Counted from the first letter of the stretch, positions 25,812 to 36,031 are shown. The stretch: DNA of 64,000 bases from Dehalococcoidia bacterium (GCA_965203775.1 OZ241913.1:2192015-2256014), one strand, 5' to 3'. The notes: generated by a model from the letters alone, not told the origin. Made by a program: numbers and translations.

Positions 25812-27140
25812 CTAGCGCGGGCGGTGGCGCACCAGCTGGCGCTTGATTCCGCCTACGTGCAGGCTGCGCGGCACCATCTGCGGCTCGCCGGCCAGCTCCA
25901 GCTGCGGCAGGATCGGCAGCATCGCGTGGAAGATCGAGCGCATCTCCCAGCGCGCCAGGTTTGCGCCCAGGCAGAAATGCTCGCCGTAGCCGCCGAACGC
26001 GAAATGGTCGTTGGGCTCGCGCCGAATGTCGAAGCGGTAGGGATCCTCGAAGACCTCCTCATCGCGGTTCGCCGACGGGTACCACATCACGATCGACTCG
26101 CCCTTGCGAATTGGCTGCCCGCGCAGCTCGAGGTCCTGCGTCGCCGTGCGCTGGAACTGAATCACGATCGAGGTCCAGCGCAGAATCTCCTCGACCGCCG
26201 AGGGCACCAACTCTGGATGCGCGACCAGGTCCTCGAGCTGATCGGGGTGATCGAGCAGCGCCTTGATCCCGCCCGTGATCGAGTTGCGCGTCGTCTCGTT
26301 GCCCGCGCCGATCAGCAGGCGGAAGTAGCCCGAAATCTCGCGCGGCGTGAGCGGCTCCCCGTCGATCTCCGCCTTGAGCAGGTCCGAGAGCAGGTCGTCG
26401 CCCAGCCCGCTCGCTTCGCGCTCATGCACCAGCGCCTCGTTGTAGAGGCTGTGCTCCAGATCGACGCGCCGGATCGTCTGCTCGCGATCCTCGCCCGGCA
26501 GCCGAAACTCCGGATCCGCCGCGCCCGCCGAGGTCTCCGTCCAGCGGAAGATCTGCTCCCAATCCTCCTCCGGCACGCCGCCCATGTCGCAGATCGCCGC
26601 CACCGGCAGCTTGGCCGACAGCTCGTGCACCACATCGACGGCGGATTTGTCCGCGCGCTCGGTGAAATCGGCGACGAGCTTCTCCGCGAAGCTGCTCACG
26701 TAGTTCTCCGACATCTCGCCGAAGTGATCTTCGAGCCGCTTCATCATCCGCGGGGTGAAATGCCGCGCGACCAGCCCGCGGTGCTGCCGATGCTCGGGCG
26801 GATCCATGAAGATGAAATCGGGCGGCTCGCTGGGGTGCCCGCCGTAGCGGTTCGCCTTGACCTCCCGCGTGCGCTCCGAAATCCCGATCGACTCGTGGTC
26901 GTTCATCCGCAGAATCTGCGTGTTCGAGAACAGCTCGGGGTGCGACGAGATGTAGCGGATGTCGGCGTGCTTGGTGATCGCCCAGAACGGCTCGAAGCCC
27001 GGCCGCTGGTACCAGTAGACCGGCGCCTCGCGGCGCAGGATGTCCCACGCCTCCCACGGATAGCCGTGTTCGACGTACAGCCCCGTGTCGGTGATATCCA
27101 GCGTGTCGAGCGTGAGCGGCTGAGCCTCGGCGGTGACCAT
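25812..27140 (-). CDS. Cytochrome P450
   Basis: Heme-binding loop FGGYGEHFCLGANLAR, EILRW (ExxR), and an AGNETT I-helix motif. Confidence 0.85.
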   Translation of the reverse strand: MVTAEAQPLTLDTLDITDTGLYVEHGYPWEAWDILRREAPVYWYQRPGFEPFWAITKHADIRYISSHPELFSNTQILRMNDHESIGISERTREVKANRYGGHPSEPPDFIFMDPPEHRQHRGLVARHFTPRMMKRLEDHFGEMSENYVSSFAEKLVADFTERADKSAVDVVHELSAKLPVAAICDMGGVPEEDWEQIFRWTETSAGAADPEFRLPGEDREQTIRRVDLEHSLYNEALVHEREASGLGDDLLSDLLKAEIDGEPLTPREISGYFRLLIGAGNETTRNSITGGIKALLDHPDQLEDLVAHPELVPSAVEEILRWTSIVIQFQRTATQDLELRGQPIRKGESIVMWYPSANRDEEVFEDPYRFDIRREPNDHFAFGGYGEHFCLGANLARWEMRSIFHAMLPILPQLELAGEPQMVPRSLHVGGIKRQLVRHRPR

Positions 27141-27195
27141 TGCGCGCCTCCATTCCTTGCCGCGCACGATAGAGAATTTGCGCCGCGCAAGCGCG

Positions 27196-27505
27196 CGCCT
27201 CGGGCGTGTTCACACTTCCCCCTCCGTCATTCCTGCGCAGGCAGGAACCCCCCGCGCACTTCCCCCTCCCGTCACCCACGCGCACTTCCCCCTCCCGTCA
27301 TTCCCGCGCACATCCCCTCCGTCATTCCGGCGCAGGCAGGAACCAAGGCAGCGGGCGTGGCCCAGCTGGCGCTCGATGTTCGGCAGCGGCGCGGATGCGG
27401 CTTGGCTGGGCCGTCGCAACATCGCGGCGCGTACAGGCGCCGAAGAGCGCTTGGGTTCCTGCCTGCGCAGGAATGACGGAGGGGGCCGCAGGAATGACGG
27501 AATTG
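27196..27505. repeat. MITE-like element (cluster 5) with terminal inverted repeats 'gtgttcacac...gtgtgaac', internal forward A-type units and a distal inverted A-type unit
   Basis: Begins '...cgtgttcacacttccccctccgtcattcctgcgcaggcaggaacc' and ends '...ttcctgcctgcgcaggaatgacggaattgtgaacg'. The termini match the IS5-family IRs at 55.05 and 55.88 kb. Confidence 0.75.
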
Positions 27506-27514
27506 TGAACGCGC

Positions 27515-28720
27515 CTACGAGATCACCATCCAGGAGCGCTGCCCGCGCAGGTGGATGTCGAAGGTCGCGTAGAAGCGGGCCAGGCTGATTCTGAAAGTCG
27601 CCTCGAACGCCTCCTCGAAACCCTCGCCCGCCTCGTAGGCTTGCTTGAGCCGCGGCCAGAACGCGAAAATCGCCTCCTCGCCGGCCAGCTCGGCCAACCG
27701 CTCAACCGCGACGAAGCCCATCGTGTAGGCCGCGAAATGCGGCGCGCAGTCCGCGCACATCGACGGATCGTGCAGCGCGTAGGTCTCCCGCGCGATCAGC
27801 GCCGCGCGGCGGTTGATCGCCTGCGAGGTCGCGTACGCGCGCCCGCCGTGAAGCGACTCGAAGATCGACTCGACCCACTCCGCCGAGCCGTGCGTCAGCC
27901 AGAGCGGCGCTTCGAGCAGGTTCGCCTCGCGGCTGCCCGTCTCGTTCTGCACGATCCGCATGTACTCGTGCGCCAGCACGAAATTGGAGCGCGAGCAGCC
28001 GAACAGGTAGGCGATCGTCCAGCGCGCGCCCGGCGCCGTGCGGTAGGGCTGCGAGCACCAGTGCAACTCCGGCGCGGACGGATTGCCCAGCACATGGCGC
28101 AGCGCGTTGCGCTGCGCCCAGCGCGTCACGTGAATCTGCACCCGCACCGAGGGCAACCCCGCCACGCCCCAGCGCGACTGAAACAGCTCGACCGCATCGG
28201 TCATCGTCTCGCGCGCCCAGGTAATCTGCGGCTGCGTCACGCCCCGCTCGCCCGGAATCACCGAAACCCGCGGCGGCCCCGTCGCCGCCGGCGGTGCAGT
28301 CGTCGTAGTCCCCGGCCGCGTGCTCATCTCCCCGTCCGAGCCATCATCCGCCTCATCGCCAGGCTCCCCGTCCAGCTCGTCGCCCCCCGGGTCCTCGTCG
28401 AACAAATCGCCCTCGGCATCCTCGTCGAACAGGTCCCCTTCAGGGTCCCCTTCCAGCTCGTCGCTGCCGCCCCCGCCGTCGCTGTCGCTGTCGAACAGAT
28501 CGTCCCCTTCATCCTGCAGCTCGTCCGACTGAAAATCCTCCACAGCGCGATCACCCGCAACCGATGCCGCGCCCTGCAACGCCGCCGCCCGTTCGCCGCC
28601 AAGCCCCAGCGCCAGCCCGCCGCCCGCCAACAGCAACGCCAACCCCGCAAGGGCGACTCGCCGCCGCATCCAACGCGCTGCCAGAAGAAGTCCCCGCTGC
28701 ATGGCGCTCCTGACAGTCAA
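27515..28720 (-). CDS. Secreted hypothetical protein with an acidic D/E/G-rich low-complexity linker
   Basis: Signal peptide (MQRGLLLAARWMRRRVALAGLALLLAGGG), then a long acidic disordered stretch, then a C-terminal globular domain containing 'LAHEYMRIVQ'. Confidence 0.55.
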   Translation of the reverse strand: MTVRSAMQRGLLLAARWMRRRVALAGLALLLAGGGLALGLGGERAAALQGAASVAGDRAVEDFQSDELQDEGDDLFDSDSDGGGGSDELEGDPEGDLFDEDAEGDLFDEDPGGDELDGEPGDEADDGSDGEMSTRPGTTTTAPPAATGPPRVSVIPGERGVTQPQITWARETMTDAVELFQSRWGVAGLPSVRVQIHVTRWAQRNALRHVLGNPSAPELHWCSQPYRTAPGARWTIAYLFGCSRSNFVLAHEYMRIVQNETGSREANLLEAPLWLTHGSAEWVESIFESLHGGRAYATSQAINRRAALIARETYALHDPSMCADCAPHFAAYTMGFVAVERLAELAGEEAIFAFWPRLKQAYEAGEGFEEAFEATFRISLARFYATFDIHLRGQRSWMVIS

Positions 28721-28937
28721 GCTACGATCGCATTTCGACGGTGGTCAACCAGCGCGCGTGAACTCTGAGCGCAGCGAATCAGCAACAAACGCGGCCAGGA
28801 GCGTCGCGGCAAGCAGGTACCAGATACAAGCGCAGCCAAAACAACTTGGCGACAATCAATTATCGAACATCACCGCTTTACCGTTGCGTAAAGGAGCGTG
28901 CCCGCGCTCGCCGGGTATCTCGCCGAGCCCATCACCC

Positions 28938-29165
28938 AGCCACCACCCGCCTCTTCCCTAATTCATCCCTCCCCCCTGGAAGGGGGGAGGTTAGGTGGGG
29001 GGTGAAAGGCAGCGAGCCAGCGCACCAAATCGTGTCGCGTCCCCGATCGCCCACGCCGCATCCTCTCCGTCACTCCTACCGCCCTCGCCGTCATTCCTGC
29101 CCCCTCTCCATCACTTCTGCGCCCTCCTCCGTCATTCCTGCGCAGGCAGGAACCTCACGCATCGG
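28938..29165. repeat. MITE-like repeat cluster 6 (B-type hairpin + 'gagccagcgca..cgatcgcccacgcc' module + A-type units)
   Basis: Direct inspection. Confidence 0.85.
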
Positions 29166-29184
29166 CACGCGCCGCATGCCCCGA

Positions 29185-30891
29185 CTACGGCCACGAGCGG
29201 AGCCGCCGCAGCGCCGCCAGGATGACCAACGAGAACACCGCCGCGCCCAGCGCCGCGACGGCCGCAACGCCGGCGCGCGACGCCCCCGCCCGGCGGCCAG
29301 GCAGCCCACCGCTACCCGTCGCAGGCGCCGCCGGAGGCGGGTCGCGCAACCAGGCGGGCTCTTCGGCAACGCTGTAGTAGGTCAAAGCGCACTTGACAGC
29401 TCCGCCCGCGTTCAGCGCGCAGGCGTGGTGCTCTCCGGTGCTGACGGCGACCTGATCGCCTCGGGGCCGTTGCTCGTGCAGACCCCACGTGAAGCTCCAG
29501 CAGTACACGCTGCCATACTCTTCGAGTACACACATCTGCTCTCCACCCACGCTCATTTCACTGATCCTCCAGCGCGGCGGAGAGGCAAGCTTTGGGTAGC
29601 GGTTGTGGCCCCAACACTCGACCCTGCCGCTCGGACGCAGCCCGCAGCTGTGCCACCCACCGGCGCCCACTGCGCGGAACGCGCGGCCGGGCGCGTCGAG
29701 CTGCCCGTCGGCGTTGCTGCCCCAGCACTCGACTATGCCGCCCGGGCGCAGACCGCAATTATGCTCCTCGCCGGCGCTCACCGCGCTGAACATGCCGCCT
29801 GGCGCAGTGGCTTGGCCATGATCGTTGTTGCCCCAACACTCGACCACTCCGTTCGAACGCAGCCCGCAGCTATGCCGCCCGCCCGCATCCACAGCGAGAA
29901 ACGCGCCGCTCAGTGCGTCAGCCTGACCGAAACGATTGTCTCCCCAGCACTCGACCTCCCCGTTCGGACGTAGCGCGCAATTGTGCCGCCAGCCGGCGCT
30001 TACCGCCTGGAACACACCGCCGGGCGCGTCATCCTGGCCGAAGTCGCTGTCGCCCCAACATCGCACCCCGCCGCTTTCTAGCAATCCGCAGCTGATCTGC
30101 CCACCGGCACTCACCACTCTGAACAACCCGCCCGACACCTCCGATCTCCCGTCCCAATCTGTTCCCCAACACTCGATCGCCCCGCTTGAACGCAGCCCGC
30201 AGCTGTGTGATGAGCCGGCGCTCACCGAGCTGAACACACCGCTCGGCGCGTCAGCCTGGCCGGAGCGATTGCTGCCCCAACACTCGATCGCCCCGTTTGG
30301 GCGCAGTCCGCAGCCGTGCGTCCAGCCGGCGCTCACCGAGCTGAACACACCGCTCGGCGCATCGATCTGTTCGTCGGTGTTGCTGCCCCAGCACTCGACC
30401 TCCCCGTTCGGGCGCAGCCCGCAGCTGTGCCGCCCACCAGCGCTCACCACGCTGAACGCGCCGCCTGGCGCGTCTGACTGCCCATAGCCGTTGCTTCCCC
30501 AACACACGACTGACCCGTTCACATGTCGCCCGCAACTGTGCGACCCGCCGGCGCTCACCGCGCTGAACACACCCTTTGGTGCGTCCAATTGCCCGATGCT
30601 GTTGTCGCCCCAACACACCACCGCGCCGCTTGTTCGTATTCCGCAGCTGTGCCGCCCACCAGCGCTCACCACGTTGAACGCTCCACCCGGTGGTTCTGTC
30701 CGGCCGTAGTCCCTGTAGCCCCAACACCAGATCGCGCCCGAGTCCAACAGAACGCATGCATGGACCGCGCCCGCCGAGATCGCCGCCACGCGCGCTCTAG
30801 GCTGCGCCGCCGCGCCCTCTCGATCCGCTCCAACGCCAAGCGCTGCGAGCGCAACTATCACCGCAGCCCCAACAGCCGCCAGCCGCGCCAT
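29185..30891 (-). CDS. RCC1-repeat (beta-propeller) protein with N-terminal signal/anchor and C-terminal TM helix
   Basis: More than 12 tandem ~37-aa repeats of the form 'VSAGxxHxCGLRxxGxxxCWGxNxxGQxDAPxGxF'. C-terminal 'VAAVAALGAAVFSLVILAAL'. Confidence 0.75.
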   Translation of the reverse strand: MARLAAVGAAVIVALAALGVGADREGAAAQPRARVAAISAGAVHACVLLDSGAIWCWGYRDYGRTEPPGGAFNVVSAGGRHSCGIRTSGAVVCWGDNSIGQLDAPKGVFSAVSAGGSHSCGRHVNGSVVCWGSNGYGQSDAPGGAFSVVSAGGRHSCGLRPNGEVECWGSNTDEQIDAPSGVFSSVSAGWTHGCGLRPNGAIECWGSNRSGQADAPSGVFSSVSAGSSHSCGLRSSGAIECWGTDWDGRSEVSGGLFRVVSAGGQISCGLLESGGVRCWGDSDFGQDDAPGGVFQAVSAGWRHNCALRPNGEVECWGDNRFGQADALSGAFLAVDAGGRHSCGLRSNGVVECWGNNDHGQATAPGGMFSAVSAGEEHNCGLRPGGIVECWGSNADGQLDAPGRAFRAVGAGGWHSCGLRPSGRVECWGHNRYPKLASPPRWRISEMSVGGEQMCVLEEYGSVYCWSFTWGLHEQRPRGDQVAVSTGEHHACALNAGGAVKCALTYYSVAEEPAWLRDPPPAAPATGSGGLPGRRAGASRAGVAAVAALGAAVFSLVILAALRRLRSWP

Positions 30892-31078
30892 ACTGCCCGC
30901 TCTCGCGCCATCCCGCTGGCAGACAAGCTAGGCCCGTGCCCCACGCGCGTCAATGGCTTGCGCCGAATCGACGGCAGCGCCCGTGCCGCATCACCCCGCG
31001 CAAGCGCTTCAACTACCAACCCCTGTCAAACTCTTCCAGGCCCAACTGTTGCAGTTGCAGTGCCACTTCACCTTTTGA

Positions 31079-31798
31079 TCAGAAGAGCCGAGTAGAAGCC
31101 CGTGTGCTCAACCGGGCGAAAGCATCCCCGATCGCCGGCGCCACCTCCGCCGCCGTCTCCACACACATCACGCCGTCCCGACGCCGCAGCCTGGCCGCCT
31201 CGGGGTGGCTCGCGTCCGAGTGATCGCTGCGCAGCGCCAGGATCAGCGGTTGCGGCTGCTTTCGCCCGTCGCGGCTGGTGCGCAGCGCTTCGCGCGCCGC
31301 GGCGATCGTGCCGCCCGATTCGCCCGGCTCAACCACCACCAGCACAGCGGAAAGAGCGCAAATCAGCGCGTTCCGACCCATCGCGCGCTGCACGGACCAG
31401 CCCGCCCCGCGGTCGAACGGCGAGACGACGGTCAATCCGTCATCAATGTCGGAGCCCAATTCACGGTATTCCTCCCGCAGCCGAAACCGCTCGATGCCCT
31501 CAGGCAGCACGGCGATGGTCGAGCCGCCCGCGGCCAGCGCGCCGACGTGCCCGGCGGTGTCCACGCCGCGCGCGTAGCCGCTGATCAAGGGGACGCCGAG
31601 CTCGGCCGCCGCGGCGCCCGCCGCGCGCGCCAGCGCGATTCCGTCCTCGGATGCGTCGCGCGAGCCGCACAGCCCGACGCCGGCGACCGTCAACAGCTCC
31701 GCGTTGCCGTGCAGGTCAATCGATCCACCCAGCACACGCAGCTGCTCCGGCCATTCGGCCCCATTCAGATCGACCCGCTCCACCTCGAAAGCCGCCAT
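31079..31798 (-). CDS. DprA/Smf-like Rossmann-fold (SLOG) protein, ShosA-like
   Basis: DprA core motifs (GSRDASEDGIALARAAGAAAAELGVPLISGYARGVDTAGHVGAL...GGSTIAVLPEGI). Lacks the extra N- and C-terminal DprA domains. Start overlaps the stop of the upstream PRTase gene. Confidence 0.7.
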   Translation of the reverse strand: MAAFEVERVDLNGAEWPEQLRVLGGSIDLHGNAELLTVAGVGLCGSRDASEDGIALARAAGAAAAELGVPLISGYARGVDTAGHVGALAAGGSTIAVLPEGIERFRLREEYRELGSDIDDGLTVVSPFDRGAGWSVQRAMGRNALICALSAVLVVVEPGESGGTIAAAREALRTSRDGRKQPQPLILALRSDHSDASHPEAARLRRRDGVMCVETAAEVAPAIGDAFARLSTRASTRLF

Positions 31799-31800
31799 GC

Positions 31801-32640
31801 CTACGCCTCCATCGGCCAGTTGTCGGTGCTTGGTCTGAGTCCCTGGCAGCCCTTGGCCGTTTTGGTCGCCGTCAGCGACAGCACGGCCGCCGCGCCCGCA
31901 TCGCGCAGCGCATGGGTCACCGCGCCGACCGTCGCGCCCGATTCGTAGATGTCGTCAATGACCAGGACGGTTTGGCCGCCGACATCGCCAACGACGCTGT
32001 AATGGCGAGCGAGCTCCTCTGCCGAAGCCTTTTCGCGCTCGCCCAGCTTCTTCTGCGGCACGGCGTTTGACGATCGGATTTCGGCGCGCGGCCGGGACAT
32101 TCTGGCCGACAGACGATCGGCGATGAACGCGGGGAGGTCAAAGGCCTTGTTCGGGTTGCTCGACGGCGCGGGCACAATCACGCCTGCGTCGCGGTAGAGC
32201 GGCATCGCGTCAATCCAGTAGAACATCTCGCTGGCAAGCTGCTCCGCCTTGCGGCGATCGCCGGAGCCCAGGTCGTAGGATTTCGCCGCCTTGACGAGTT
32301 TACCGATGTCGGAATGCGCCCAGCCCGCGCCGTGCTCGTCGCGAGCATCGTGGATGCGGAGCGCGTGCGACGCATCGGCGGCATCCTCGATGGCGACGCT
32401 CGTTTCCAGCAGATACAGCGTGGTCTCGATCGACTCGCAAGCGCCGGCAACATTGGCCGGCGCGGCGCCCGCGATGCGGCCGTCATCAAGCGCCTCAACA
32501 GTCCACTCCGGCAGCAGCCGACTCAGGAGCGCAACGAAATCCACCTGCGCCCGCCCACTGCGGCAGGGCATCGCCTCAAAGCGCAGCAGGCAACCGTCCA
32601 CCCATACGGACCATCCACCAAGTCGACCGCACACAGGCAT
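31801..32640 (-). CDS. Phosphoribosyltransferase-domain protein, ShosT-like
   Basis: PRPP-binding motif VLVIDDIYESGATV near the C-terminus. N-terminal ~190 aa with no obvious domain. Translationally coupled to the DprA-like gene. Confidence 0.7.
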   Translation of the reverse strand: MPVCGRLGGWSVWVDGCLLRFEAMPCRSGRAQVDFVALLSRLLPEWTVEALDDGRIAGAAPANVAGACESIETTLYLLETSVAIEDAADASHALRIHDARDEHGAGWAHSDIGKLVKAAKSYDLGSGDRRKAEQLASEMFYWIDAMPLYRDAGVIVPAPSSNPNKAFDLPAFIADRLSARMSRPRAEIRSSNAVPQKKLGEREKASAEELARHYSVVGDVGGQTVLVIDDIYESGATVGAVTHALRDAGAAAVLSLTATKTAKGCQGLRPSTDNWPMEA

Positions 32641-32747
32641 GGCGTCCTCCGTCGCATATGCCAGCCATGGAGATAGTACGAATGTTCAGCAGTGTGCGCA
32701 AGCGGAGTCGCGTCGGCGGCGCATCCGAGCCTCCGGCAACGCTCCCG

Positions 32748-33938
32748 CTAGCTGCGGGTGCGGACTACGCGGCGGTCGCCGCCGAGGCGGAGCAGGCGGG
32801 GGAGCGTGCCGTCCTGCCAGAGGACCAGCAGCTGGCTGGCGACGGCGATTGAGGAGTAGGTACCGGCGGCGGTGCCGATCAGCAGGACGACGACGAACGG
32901 GCGCACGGTGACGCCGCCGATCAGCAAGAGCGCGAGCAGCGCCAGCACGACCGTGATCGAGGTGTTGAGCGAGCGGCCCAGCGATTGCGTGATCGCGGCG
33001 TTGACCACGTGGCGGAAGTCTTCGCGCGGGTCGAGCAGCAAATTTTCGCGGATGCGGTCGAAGACCACGATCGTGTCGTTGACGCTGTAGCCGATGATCG
33101 CCAGCAGCGCGGTGACGAACATCGCGTTGACCTCGAGCCCCGCGACCTGCCCGCCGATCGCGAACGCGCCGGCGACCAGCGTGATGTCGTGCAGCAGCGC
33201 GACGATGGCCGCGGAGCCGTAGAGGACGGGGTTGGGCAGGCGGCGGAAGGCGAGCGAGATGTAGACCAGGATCGCCGCGGCGGCGACGGCCAGCGCGATC
33301 CCGGCGTCGCGCGCGATCTCGGTTGAGAGCACGCCGGAGACGGAGGAGGACTGGAGGACGACGATGGGGCCGATCTCGCTGCGCAGCGAATCGTTGATGC
33401 GCGTGCGCAGACCTTCGAGGTCGCCGTCTTCGGGCTGTTCGACGCGAATGCGGAAGGCGTCGGCGGCCGTCGCCTGAATTCGCGCCGAACCGAGGTTGAC
33501 CGTCTCCAGCGCGGCGCGCACCTGGTCCTGGCCTGTGGGCGCGGGGAACCAGATTTCGTAGCGGAGGCGCTCGGGAGTGACCGAGGCGTCGTCCAGATCG
33601 GTCACTCCGAGCGTGTCGGTGATCGCGCTGAGCAGTTCGCTCCCGGTGGTCTGCGCGGCCTCGGCGTCGGGCGAGCTGAGCGAGAGGGCGACGGTGAATT
33701 CGCCGTCGTCGCCGGCGCGGACCTCGGTGGTTGCGCCGTCGGGCAGTGCGACACCGGCGATCGCGGACTCGATCTCGGCGGCTTCGACATCGCGCAGGAA
33801 GCGCACCTCGGATTCGAGCCCGCCGGCGAAGTCCAGGCCGGGCTCGAACTGCCAGATCGCCAGGCCGATCAGGGCGGGGATCAGCATCAGCAGCGAGACG
33901 GCGGCGTAGATGCGGCGGCGTCCGATGAAATCAATCAT
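32748..33938 (-). CDS. secF: Protein translocase subunit SecF
   Basis: Six-TM SecF pattern with periplasmic domain. Overlaps secD by 8 nt. Confidence 0.85.
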   Translation of the reverse strand: MIDFIGRRRIYAAVSLLMLIPALIGLAIWQFEPGLDFAGGLESEVRFLRDVEAAEIESAIAGVALPDGATTEVRAGDDGEFTVALSLSSPDAEAAQTTGSELLSAITDTLGVTDLDDASVTPERLRYEIWFPAPTGQDQVRAALETVNLGSARIQATAADAFRIRVEQPEDGDLEGLRTRINDSLRSEIGPIVVLQSSSVSGVLSTEIARDAGIALAVAAAAILVYISLAFRRLPNPVLYGSAAIVALLHDITLVAGAFAIGGQVAGLEVNAMFVTALLAIIGYSVNDTIVVFDRIRENLLLDPREDFRHVVNAAITQSLGRSLNTSITVVLALLALLLIGGVTVRPFVVVLLIGTAAGTYSSIAVASQLLVLWQDGTLPRLLRLGGDRRVVRTRS

Positions 33939-35715
33939 TGGCGGTCGCTCCGCTTCCCCGCGCGCGCGAGCTGCGCGGCTCTTCGAGCACCACCAGCTCG
34001 CGCACGCCGAACATTCGCGAACTGGTCACCCAGCGCGAGCTGACGAGCAGATTCATGAAGGTGCGCGTGACGGTCATCACGGTCACGAAGCTGAAGCCGG
34101 TCCCGACCAGCAGCGCCAGCGCGAACGACTTGATCAGGTTCTGATTGAGCGCGTCGGCGAAGAGCCAGAGGATCGTGACGGTGATCAGCGTGGAGATATT
34201 GGCGTCGCGGATCGCCGGCCAGGCCCGCGCCCAGGCCGTCTCAACCGCCCCGTTGAGGCTGCGGCCGAGGCGCAGCTCCTCTTTGAGCCGCTCGAAGATC
34301 AGCACATTGCCGTCCACCGCGAACCCGATCGAGAGCACCAGCCCGGCGATGCCGGCCAGGGTCAGCGTGATCGGCACCAGCTTGAAGGTGGCCAGCACGC
34401 CCGCGGCGTAGACGATCAGTGCCAGCGCCGCGAGCAGGCCGGGCGCGCGGTAGTAAATGATCATGAAGACGATGATGGCGAGGAAGGCGACGGCGCCGGC
34501 CTGGACGGTCTGCACGACCGAGTCCGCGCCGAGCGTGGCGGCGACCTCCGTGTTCTGCAGCACGCGCAGGTTGATCGGCAGCGCGCCCGCGCGCAGCTGG
34601 CGGCGGAGCGTGAGCGCTTCCTCATCGGAGAGCCCGTTGATGATCCCGGAATCGGCGATCACGGAGTTGACTCGCGGGCTGCTGACGAGCGAGCGGTCGA
34701 CGAAGATGCCGAGCGGGCGCTGTTCGGGCGCGAGCCGGCGGGTGAGCTGCTCCATCAGCCGCGCGCCTTCGTCGCCGAACTCAAAAGCCAGCGCGGGCTG
34801 CGCGGAATCGTCCAGCGTGCGGGTGATCGAATTGGCGATCAGGTGGCGGCCGCTGAGCTGGACCGTCTCGCCCTCCTCGGTGATGCCCAGCGCGGGAATC
34901 CAGCGCACCTCCTCGGCCACGATCACGTCCTCGTCCTCTTCGGGGATGAAGTAGGACCGCGCGCGCAGGTTGAGCGCCTCAGGGTCGCTGCGCACCTGGC
35001 CCATCCAGACATCGTCGATCGCGTCGCGGACTTCGAGCCGCGTTGGGGGCTGCGCGACGACGCTCTGGACGGGATCGATCTCGCGGAATTCGAGCAGCGC
35101 CGTGGAGCCGACCAGCCCGGAGGCTTCGTCGGCGTCCACGCCGGGGATCTGCGCGTTAATCCGGTCGTCGCCGACGATGGTGACCTCGGCTTCGGAGACG
35201 CCGAAGCCGTTGACGCGCTCCTCGATGATGCGCCGCGCCTCTTCGACGGATTCGGAGAGTTGCGCGGCATCGACATCGAGCGGCAGGACGATCGTCTCGA
35301 TCCACGCCGGCAGCGGTTGGTCGTCGTCGGCCGGATCGAAGTCGCGCAGCGAGGGGTTGAGGCTGATCACGGTTTCGCGGCTTGCGCCCTCGCGGGCGAG
35401 GAAGCTGCTGAGCGACTCGCCGCGCCGCACCGAGGCGGCTTCGCCCGCCACTTCGAGCGTGACCGAGACGCCGCCGGCCAGGTCCAGGCCGAGCCGGAAT
35501 TCGTCGCGCACCCAGTCGCCGACCTGCACGCCGCCGCCCGACGGCCAGGGGATGAAGTCGGGCAGGTAGCGTTCGGGCGCGCGCGGCCAGGACGCGGCAA
35601 TCGCGAATCCTGCCAGGATCAGGATCACGGCGCAGATGTAGGCGTCGCGGAAGCGGAACCGTCTCACGATGGCAGCGTAGGCAGAGCGGACCTTATGATC
35701 ACCGCGCCGCCTCAT
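33931..35715 (-). CDS. secD: Protein translocase subunit SecD
   Basis: SecD periplasmic domains + C-terminal 6-TM bundle (...LGLDLAGGVSVTLEV...). ATG at 35715 chosen, overlapping yajC by 17 nt. Confidence 0.85.
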   Translation of the reverse strand: MRRRGDHKVRSAYAAIVRRFRFRDAYICAVILILAGFAIAASWPRAPERYLPDFIPWPSGGGVQVGDWVRDEFRLGLDLAGGVSVTLEVAGEAASVRRGESLSSFLAREGASRETVISLNPSLRDFDPADDDQPLPAWIETIVLPLDVDAAQLSESVEEARRIIEERVNGFGVSEAEVTIVGDDRINAQIPGVDADEASGLVGSTALLEFREIDPVQSVVAQPPTRLEVRDAIDDVWMGQVRSDPEALNLRARSYFIPEEDEDVIVAEEVRWIPALGITEEGETVQLSGRHLIANSITRTLDDSAQPALAFEFGDEGARLMEQLTRRLAPEQRPLGIFVDRSLVSSPRVNSVIADSGIINGLSDEEALTLRRQLRAGALPINLRVLQNTEVAATLGADSVVQTVQAGAVAFLAIIVFMIIYYRAPGLLAALALIVYAAGVLATFKLVPITLTLAGIAGLVLSIGFAVDGNVLIFERLKEELRLGRSLNGAVETAWARAWPAIRDANISTLITVTILWLFADALNQNLIKSFALALLVGTGFSFVTVMTVTRTFMNLLVSSRWVTSSRMFGVRELVVLEEPRSSRARGSGATAND

Positions 35716-36031
35716 CCTTTTCCACGATCTCGTTGTCTGACCCGTCGTCCGACTCGTCATCCGCCGCCGCGATGCGCTCCGCGATCGCGGCGGTCCGCGC
35801 TCGGACCACCACGCCGTCGGCCAGCTTCAGCAGAATGATCTGCGGACCGCCTTCCGGCGTCTCGACGTCGACGACCTCCGCGATCAGCCCGCCGCGCGTG
35901 AGCACGGTGTCGCCAAAGCTGAGTTCGGTCAGGTCCTGCTGGCGGCGGCGCTCCTCGCTGCGCGTGGGGCGAATGAAGAAGAGGTAGAAAGCGGCGACCA
36001 CCAGCACGGTGATCAGAATCACTTCAGTCAC
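35699..36031 (-). CDS. yajC: Preprotein translocase subunit YajC
   Basis: N-terminal TM + 'GDTVLTRGGLIAEVVDV' YajC motif. Upstream of secDF. Confidence 0.8.
   Translation of the reverse strand: MTEVILITVLVVAAFYLFFIRPTRSEERRRQQDLTELSFGDTVLTRGGLIAEVVDVETPEGGPQIILLKLADGVVVRARTAAIAERIAAADDESDDGSDNEIVEKDEAAR

Noticed and set aside
28846-29973. 375-aa + ORF
   Set aside because: Antisense to the RCC1-repeat gene (29185..30891), and it begins in MITE cluster 6. Composition-driven.
33910-35838. 642-aa + ORF (and many other >100-aa ORFs antisense to secD, cca, leuS, acs, selB, P450)
   Set aside because: Typical long antisense ORFs of 70%-GC DNA. Each overlaps a gene with clear family motifs on the opposite strand or in another frame (for example 36009..37592 vs cca; 38164..40893 and 38558..40906 vs leuS; 17751..18956 and 17821..18723 vs acs; 25728..27476 vs P450; 48465..49328 vs selB).
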